Below are positions 57,886 through 64,000 of a DNA stretch of 64,000 nt, piece by piece. The notes under the pieces were generated by a model that saw only the letters and a list, made by a program, of their open reading frames with translations, was not told the origin of the DNA and searched no databases. Made by a program: the position numbers and the translations under genes. The number at the start of each line of letters is the position of its first letter. Within the stretch, counting starts at the first letter, position 1. The DNA is from Dehalococcoidia bacterium (lineage in GTDB: Bacteria; Chloroflexota; Dehalococcoidia; DSTF01; JACRBR01). Location of the stretch: positions 6,681-70,680 of the forward strand of contig JBBRPY010000007.1 of the NCBI GenBank assembly GCA_038227375.1. Direction: 5' to 3'.

Positions 57886-59172
57886 CTAGGCGCGAGCGCG
57901 CCGCTGCCAGGCCGCGGCGCCGAGTCCCAGCACAACGACGGCGGAGATCAGCCGGTGGGCGAGTGCGCCATCGAGCGCGAGGTCCGCCGGGACGCGAGCG
58001 AAGAGCACCGTGTGGAGCGCGAATCGCACCGGCATCTGGAGCAGCGGAAACTCCCACGCAGAGAACCCGGTGACGAACATGCCCGCGACCGCCGCCGTCC
58101 AGAGCGCCGCAGCAGGCACGAAGCGCAGCCATTGCGCGCGTTTCGGCAGCACGAGCGACGGCAGGCCGTCCGGCGCGAACGCGGTGACCACGGCGATCGC
58201 AGGAAACAAGATGCTTCCGCGATAGATGAAGAAATTGTCTTCCCAGAAGGTCGGTGCAAACTTCTTCTTGAAGTGATTCAGCGACTTAAAGCTGTAGATG
58301 AAGTTGGCCTTCGTGCAGAGCGCCTTGAACACGACGGACAGCAATCGAAACGTCCCGTAGGGTTGGCGGCCAGCGCCCTGCAGCGGCGACGTGCCGAGGC
58401 TAAACAGCACGATCCCTTCCGCTTGCGCGACCCGCCGCGCTTCATCAATGAGGATCTCACTCGTGCCGTACGGCGCGTCGAGCCGGCGCACTTGCTCTTC
58501 TACATAGAGCATGCTGCGCGCGGCGGCCGGGGCGCAGGTCATCGCCCCGACGATGCGGCCCTCGTGCGTGGCGATGAAGATCCGCTTCCGTCGCCGCTGC
58601 GCGAACGGCCGTGATCGGAGGAGAAACCCCATCGCAGGAGCGTCGCGGCTGTTCAGCCACTCATTCGCGACTTCTTCGATCTCCGAATCGACAGCGGGCG
58701 ATGCAGCACGATACTCCTCGACAACGATGCCGCTGCGCTTCGCCAGGTTGATCGCGGAACGAGCCTTCTTCGCGCCCTTGCCGCTCAACGTATAGGAACG
58801 AAGGTCGAAGAACGGCTCTTCACCAATCTTGACCGCCTGGAAGCCGAGCCCGGACGCCACCTTCCCCACACGTGCGCTGGCGCCAACAAAGCTGAACCGC
58901 CAGCCGCGCCCAGAGCAGTACTCGGCAAACCGGGAGATCATCTCGGCGATGTCGCCCTCGGGGCACACGGGATCTCCGCACGCCACGGCGGTGCCGCAAT
59001 GCAGTTCGAACGCGATGAATCCGTCGACGTCGGACGGCTCGAAATATCGCCAGCCATCGTACGTCGTCAGCAGGGCAAGCCCGTTGTAGGCGTACGCCTC
59101 GATCTGCCGCAGCCGCCGCTCAGAGGCGGACTCGTTGCGATGAGCGCTGGGAGGCGACTGTAGTTGTGCCAT
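57886..59172 (-). CDS. MprF/LysX-like aminoacyl-lipid synthase domain (DUF2156) with C-terminal TMs
   Basis: ACGDPVC, KIGEE, LSGKGAKKARSAIN, FSLGTSPL, YSFKSLNHFKKKFAPTFWE. Confidence 0.85.
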   Translation of the reverse strand: MAQLQSPPSAHRNESASERRLRQIEAYAYNGLALLTTYDGWRYFEPSDVDGFIAFELHCGTAVACGDPVCPEGDIAEMISRFAEYCSGRGWRFSFVGASARVGKVASGLGFQAVKIGEEPFFDLRSYTLSGKGAKKARSAINLAKRSGIVVEEYRAASPAVDSEIEEVANEWLNSRDAPAMGFLLRSRPFAQRRRKRIFIATHEGRIVGAMTCAPAAARSMLYVEEQVRRLDAPYGTSEILIDEARRVAQAEGIVLFSLGTSPLQGAGRQPYGTFRLLSVVFKALCTKANFIYSFKSLNHFKKKFAPTFWEDNFFIYRGSILFPAIAVVTAFAPDGLPSLVLPKRAQWLRFVPAAALWTAAVAGMFVTGFSAWEFPLLQMPVRFALHTVLFARVPADLALDGALAHRLISAVVVLGLGAAAWQRRARA

Positions 59173-59331
59173 GCGCTTCCATGGTACGTCACCGGGGTCG
59201 CGATCTCGCCCGCATTTCCTAAAGATAAAATGAAGGTTCAGCGACGTGCCAACCACGTGCCGTTCATGCTCTACAATAGGGCGCGAGATCGTCGCCAGCC
59301 GAAGCGCCCACGGGCGCGTCAAGGAGCGAGT

Positions 59332-61797
59332 ATGCAGCGCATCGCCCTTGTCCTCGCTACCGTCGTCCGAACGCATCCCCTGCTGCTGATGGCCGGTGCG
59401 CTATGCCTTGCGCTGGCGTTGTCGTTTGGCATACCGAGGCTGAAGTTCCGCACCGGCCAGGACACGCTCCTCGATCCGAACTCGCGCATTTCGCGCGACA
59501 ACACCCGTTTCCAGGCGGCGTTCGGCGGCGACCCGATGCTGGTCCTGTTCACCATCCCGGCTGATGGCGAGGGCGTCCAGCGCTTGTTCACAGCGTCCAA
59601 TCGCGCGGAGATGGCCCGTCTCAAGCAGGATCTCGACGCCAGCGGCTCGTACGAGACCGTACTGACGCCGCTGGTCATCGTCGAGTTCGCCCAACAGCAG
59701 ATCGAACAACGCATGGTGTCCCAGCCGCTGAAGCTCGCCGCAGACGAGCAGTCGGCCATGGCAGACGCCCGCGCGGCGTCGGCGGCGCGTGGTGACGCGC
59801 AGTCGCAGCAGGATGCCGCCGCCGGCGCGGCCCGCGACAAGGTCGACCAGGAGTTCACCGCAGCATTCGGCGCTGATGCCGCGCGCTTCCTGACGATCGG
59901 CGACCAATCGCTCGACAACCCGAAGTTCGTCGAGTTCGTGCTGTACGGGGCCGACGGCCAGCTACGGCCCGAGCTCAGCGGCGAGTTCCCGGATACGCAT
60001 CATGCCCTGATGATCGCCCGCCTGAAGGGGAACCTCACCATCGACGAGAACTCCCGGGTGGCGGGCGGGCTCGCATCGCAGGTCGCGTCGTACCGCTTCG
60101 ACGGCGTGACGACGTTGGTGTCCGGCCCGCCGCTGCTGGTCAAGGAGATCAACGACAAGATGAAAAGCGCGCTGGCGCTGATGGCGGTCTTCGCCATCGT
60201 CATCATGGTCGCCGTCCTGTCGATCATCTTTCGCGCACGCTGGCGGCTGCTCTCGCTGCCGGCGGTGCTGGTCGGATGCGTCTCCGCCTTCGGGCTGATG
60301 GGATTCGCCGGCATCCCACTGACGATCGTCACAATTTCCGGCTTGCCGATCCTGATCGGGCTCGGCGTCGACTTCGCGATCCAGGTCCACAGCCGGATCG
60401 AGGAAGAGACCGCGATCACCGGTTCGGCGGAGGCAGGCGTCGACCGCGCGCTGACGCACGTCGGACCGCCGCTCGCCGTCGCCGCGCTCGCCGCCTGCAT
60501 CGGCTTCATCGTGCTGCATCTTTCGCGCGTGCCGATGATCCGGGACTTCGGTTCGATGCTCGCGGTGGGCGCCATCATCGTCTTCATCACCAGCATCGCC
60601 CTCGTCAGCAGCGTGGTCTACCTGCGCGAGCGTCAGCGCATCGGAGAGCAGCCGCGGCCGAGGGCTCGGTTCGAGGTGGAGCGCATTGTCGGCGGCCTGA
60701 CATCTCGCGCCGTCGGCCGGCTCGCGCCCATCGCCCTCGTGGCCGTGGTGGTCGCGGCCCTTGGCCTCTACCTGAACCACAAGATTCCGACGCAGACCGA
60801 CCCGGAGAAGTTCGTGCCGGCCGACAGCAGCGTGCTGAGCGATCTCCATCACTTGAGCGCCGTCGTCGGGTCGACGAGCGAGCTCGACCTGCTCGTCGCT
60901 GCCGGTGAGGGACGGCGCGTGACCGACCAGGCCGTGCTGGATTGGATGGCCGACTTCGAACAGCGCCAGCGACGGGAGCACCCGGAACTGATGCAGTCGA
61001 TCAGCCTCGCCTCGTTCACGTCATCAGTCACCGGCGCTCCGCCGACGACGGACTCGGCCAAGCAGGCGCTGGCATCGGCGCCGGCCGCCTTGCGCGGCAG
61101 CGTCGTGAACGCCGACAGCACGCTCGCCGCCATCACCTTCGCGATCAGCGACAGCACGACGCTGAGCGGCCGCAAGGCGATCACTGACGCCATCGAGCGC
61201 GATGCCCAGCCCCCGCCGGGTGTCAGCGTCGCCCCCGCCGGCATCGCGGTCGTCGGCACCGCCGCTGTCGACGCGATCAGCGGCAACCGCGACCTCATGT
61301 CGCTCGTCGCCGTCGGGGCGATCTTCGCGACGTTGTTGGTCGTGTTCCGGAGCCCGATCAAGGCGGTCGCGCCACTGCTTCCGGTGGTGCTCGCGCTCGG
61401 CGCGTCGGCGATGCTGCTCTACGTCGCAGGCATCGAGTACAGCCCGTTGACATCGATCTCGGGGCCGCTGATCATCGCCATGGGGACGGAATTCAACATT
61501 CTCCTGATGTCCCGGTACTACGAAGAGCGGACCGCTGGCGCGATGCCGCGCGATGCGATGACCGAGGCGTCGCTGCGCATCGGCCGGGCGATCGCGGCGT
61601 CCGGCCTGACGGTGATGGGTGGATTCGCGGTGCTTGCCTTTAGCGACTTTCCCTTGCTCGACAACTTCGGCAAGGTGACCGCGATGAACATCGGCCTCAG
61701 CCTGCTCAGCACGCTCATCCTGCTGCCTCCACTGTTGGTCTGGGCGGACGAGGACCACGACGCCGTCTCGGTCGCGCCCGAGGCGGTCGGCGAGTAA
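59332..61797 (+). CDS. MMPL/HAE3-type RND transporter
   Basis: Two repeats with IGLGVDFAIQ and AMGTEF...RYYEE, FG...TLILLPPLL. Confidence 0.9.
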   Translation: MQRIALVLATVVRTHPLLLMAGALCLALALSFGIPRLKFRTGQDTLLDPNSRISRDNTRFQAAFGGDPMLVLFTIPADGEGVQRLFTASNRAEMARLKQDLDASGSYETVLTPLVIVEFAQQQIEQRMVSQPLKLAADEQSAMADARAASAARGDAQSQQDAAAGAARDKVDQEFTAAFGADAARFLTIGDQSLDNPKFVEFVLYGADGQLRPELSGEFPDTHHALMIARLKGNLTIDENSRVAGGLASQVASYRFDGVTTLVSGPPLLVKEINDKMKSALALMAVFAIVIMVAVLSIIFRARWRLLSLPAVLVGCVSAFGLMGFAGIPLTIVTISGLPILIGLGVDFAIQVHSRIEEETAITGSAEAGVDRALTHVGPPLAVAALAACIGFIVLHLSRVPMIRDFGSMLAVGAIIVFITSIALVSSVVYLRERQRIGEQPRPRARFEVERIVGGLTSRAVGRLAPIALVAVVVAALGLYLNHKIPTQTDPEKFVPADSSVLSDLHHLSAVVGSTSELDLLVAAGEGRRVTDQAVLDWMADFEQRQRREHPELMQSISLASFTSSVTGAPPTTDSAKQALASAPAALRGSVVNADSTLAAITFAISDSTTLSGRKAITDAIERDAQPPPGVSVAPAGIAVVGTAAVDAISGNRDLMSLVAVGAIFATLLVVFRSPIKAVAPLLPVVLALGASAMLLYVAGIEYSPLTSISGPLIIAMGTEFNILLMSRYYEERTAGAMPRDAMTEASLRIGRAIAASGLTVMGGFAVLAFSDFPLLDNFGKVTAMNIGLSLLSTLILLPPLLVWADEDHDAVSVAPEAVGE

Positions 61798-61829
61798 CGC
61801 CATCGGCCTCATCTTGCGGAGGGGAGCCA

Positions 61830-62816
61830 ATGTCAGAGGAACATATGCGCGCCGTGCGGCTGCTCCGAATCGATGGCCCGGAAGCGCTGGCCGTGCAGCA
61901 GGTGCCGGCCCCGACGTCTGATGACGACGTGATCATCGATGTCCACGCCGCCGGCGTGGCATTCGCCGACTTGCTTGTGACGCGCGGCAAGTATCAGGTC
62001 AAGCAGGAGCCGCCGTTCACGCCGGGCGCGGAAGTGGCCGGCACCGTGCGGTCCGCCCCGGAGGCGTCGGGGTTGCGCGCGGGTGATCGCGTGGCCGCGG
62101 TGGCAACATCGGGTGCGTGGGCCGAAGTCGCCGCCGCGCCGCCTGAGATGGCGTTCCGCATCCCGGACGACATGAGCTTCGAGCAGGCGGCGGCGCTGCC
62201 GATCAACTACCAGACGTCATACTTCGGGCTGATCTGGCGCGGCCAGTTGCAGGCCGGCGAGACCGTGCTCGTGCATGGCGCCGCAGGCGGCGTCGGCTCC
62301 GCCGCCGTGCAGATAGCGCGAGCGGCGGGAGCGCGCGTCATCGCCATCGCGCAGGGCGAGCAGAAGCTCGCGGTGGCGCGCGACTCCGGCGCTCACGAAT
62401 GCATCGATGCGGATGCCGACTGGCTTCCGCAGGTGCGCGCCCTCACCGACGGACGCGGCGTCGATATCGTGTACGACCCGGTCGGCGGCGATCGCTTCAC
62501 CGACAGCGTGCGTTCGCTGGCGCCGGCCGGACGGCTGCTGGTCGTCGGATTCGCCGGTGGCGCGATACCGACGGTGGCCGTCAACCGGCTGCTGCTGCGC
62601 AACACGTCGGTGGTCGGCGTCGCCTGGCCAGAGTACGCGCGCGTCGACCCCGACATGCCGCGTGCGGTCGCAGCCGGACTGATGAAGATGTGGGAGACGG
62701 GCGCGATCCGGCCCCTGATCACCAGCCGCTACCCGCTCGAAGGTGCCGCCGACGCGCTGCGGGAGCTGGACGAGCGCCGTGCCATCGGCAAGATCGTGCT
62801 GTTTGTGCGCAGCTAG
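61830..62816 (+). CDS. NADPH:quinone oxidoreductase (zeta-crystallin-like MDR)
   Basis: GKYQVK.EPPFTPGAE, HGAAGGVG, VVGFAGG, GKIVL. Confidence 0.92.
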   Translation: MSEEHMRAVRLLRIDGPEALAVQQVPAPTSDDDVIIDVHAAGVAFADLLVTRGKYQVKQEPPFTPGAEVAGTVRSAPEASGLRAGDRVAAVATSGAWAEVAAAPPEMAFRIPDDMSFEQAAALPINYQTSYFGLIWRGQLQAGETVLVHGAAGGVGSAAVQIARAAGARVIAIAQGEQKLAVARDSGAHECIDADADWLPQVRALTDGRGVDIVYDPVGGDRFTDSVRSLAPAGRLLVVGFAGGAIPTVAVNRLLLRNTSVVGVAWPEYARVDPDMPRAVAAGLMKMWETGAIRPLITSRYPLEGAADALRELDERRAIGKIVLFVRS

Positions 62817-62872
62817 CGTAGGAGAGCCGTCATCGCCCGTCGAGACCGAGCATCCGCCCTGGCTGCTGCGCG

Positions 62873-62900
62873 ACCAATCACGAGTCACCAATCACCAGCC
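62873..62900. repeat. Degenerate heptamer tandem repeat (ACCAATC)x4
   Basis: accaatc acgagtc accaatc accagcc just after the stop of the HK remnant. Confidence 0.65.
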
Positions 62901-62901
62901 C

Positions 62902-63024
62902 CTACCCCGGCAGCGAGAGCGTGAAGGTGGCGCTGCCGCCGTCGCTGCTCGCCGTGATCGAACCGCGATTGAGCTCCACCAGCTCCCGCGTGATCGCGAG
63001 GCCAAGACCACTGCCCGCGGCCGG
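62902..63024 (-). pseudogene. C-terminal remnant of a histidine kinase (HATPase_c G2 box)
   Basis: Translates PAAGSGLGLAITRELVELNRGSITASSDGGSATFTLSLPG*; in-frame TGA immediately upstream (63025-63027) and no start before the motif. Confidence 0.8.
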
Positions 63025-63060
63025 TCAAAACCGACAGCCCTTGTTACTGAGTAGTGAACG

Positions 63061-64000
63061 CTAGTCGTCGTCGTTGCGACAGTGGCGGCCTAGCTGCGAC
63101 CAAGCGAGGGCGGCGCCCGTCGTGGTGACCTTGCCGTCGCCGTTCAGGTCATACCTGTCCCGATAACCCGGATCGCCCTTCTTCAGGCCAATCCTCAGCG
63201 AGATCTGCAGCGCATCGTTCGCGGTCACGACGCCGTTTCTGTCGACATCAGCGCACTTTACCCGTGGAGTGGGCGTCTTCGTCGGTGTGCGCGTTGGCGT
63301 CTTCGTCGGCGTGTTGGTCGCCGTCTTCGTCGGCGTCGTGGTCGCTGTGTTGGTGGCTGTCTTCGTCGCGGTATCCGTCGGGGTGTTGGTAGGCGTATTG
63401 GTGGCCGTGTCCGTCGGCGTCGGTGTCGCGGTGTTGGTGGGCGTGTCGGTTGCGGTATTCGTTGGCGTGCTTGTCGCCGTAGCGGTGTCCGTCGGCGTCG
63501 CTGTCGCCGTATCGGCCGGTGTGTTCGTGGGCGTGTTCCTGGGTGTATCGGTCGGCGTAGGTGTCGCCGTGTCTGTCGGCGTCGCGGTGGCCGTGTCGGT
63601 CGCGGTCGACGTCGGCATGTTGGGTAGCTCTACCTCATACGCGCCGATGTCACAGAGTGCGTTTTGTGGACGGCTCACGCCGCGCTGGTCCGTCGTGACC
63701 GTGGTGCCGCAACCGTTGGCGCCGTTCGGGATCTTGTCGATGGCCGGACTGTTCGTGAGCAGCGCCATCGTCTCGGTCGTGCCCGGTGCGTTCAGCGCCA
63801 GCGCGCCGAGCAGCGGGTCGGCGCCGGGTTGATCGCCGATGGCCGTCAGGTTGCAGGTATTGTCGCTGTCGATGTTGTAGCCCAACGAGGTCGGAGGCGT
63901 GCCAACACAGTCGCCTCCCTGCAATTGCTTCACAACGATGCTGGAGTCGAGCTTCACACTGCCCGCATCGTTATTGAGATTGGAAATGCCACCGCCGGTG
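63061..64000 (-). CDS. Secreted protein, C-terminal part: choice-of-anchor-Q-like domain, T/P linker, dockerin-like domain
   Basis: SLGYNID, DPLLGAL, SPAID, DQRG..RP...CDIGAYE; (PT/AT)n linker; DVDRNGVV..D and DLNGDGKV. Confidence 0.85.
   Translation of the reverse strand, partial: TGGGISNLNNDAGSVKLDSSIVVKQLQGGDCVGTPPTSLGYNIDSDNTCNLTAIGDQPGADPLLGALALNAPGTTETMALLTNSPAIDKIPNGANGCGTTVTTDQRGVSRPQNALCDIGAYEVELPNMPTSTATDTATATPTDTATPTPTDTPRNTPTNTPADTATATPTDTATATSTPTNTATDTPTNTATPTPTDTATNTPTNTPTDTATKTATNTATTTPTKTATNTPTKTPTRTPTKTPTPRVKCADVDRNGVVTANDALQISLRIGLKKGDPGYRDRYDLNGDGKVTTTGAALAWSQLGRHCRNDDD
63269..63616 (-). repeat. Coding low-complexity Thr/Pro/Ala linker
   Basis: [13 protein letters not shown] repeats within the CDS. 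Confidence 0.85.

Noticed and set aside
63269-63616. Repeat-rich tract as CRISPR or DNA-level repeat
   Set aside because: In-frame Thr/Pro codon repeats without spacers; no cas genes.
1-64000. Prophage, transposase, integrase, tRNA/rRNA or anti-phage genes
   Set aside because: No such motifs recognised; the WYL gene has no defence neighbours.

Overview
High-GC bacterial chromosomal segment of about 57 genes. The gene content suggests a monoderm Chloroflexota, probably Dehalococcoidia-like (inference): secretin-less Tad genes, cdaA-cdaR, sortase-type and VGG-type C-terminal tails, a dockerin-bearing surface protein. Left to right: (1) an amino-sugar envelope-modification cluster (MFS, GT2 fused to a polytopic GT-C-like domain, NAD-dependent epimerase, DegT aminotransferase, OmpR/HK pair, membrane-anchored deacetylase, second GT-C-like paralogue) that parallels arn/pmr; (2) mixed enzymes, a GH10 xylanase and a WYL regulator; (3) a Tad operon, BldN-like ECF sigma, VWA-FHA protein and AAA ATPase, with sigma28-like promoters shared with a second tadE/G/E locus; (4) a strongly promoted, highly structured ~240-nt intergenic RNA candidate (25730-25967); (5) argF-cdaA-cdaR-der, fabD-fabF, RodZ-like, DUF4331/TPR; (6) a PyrR-attenuated pyr/car operon lacking pyrD; (7) an MprF-like synthase domain divergent from an MMPL transporter, a histidine-kinase remnant and a partial surface protein. 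No CRISPR, tRNA, rRNA or transposase was seen. All calls rest on motif recognition by eye; no searches were run.
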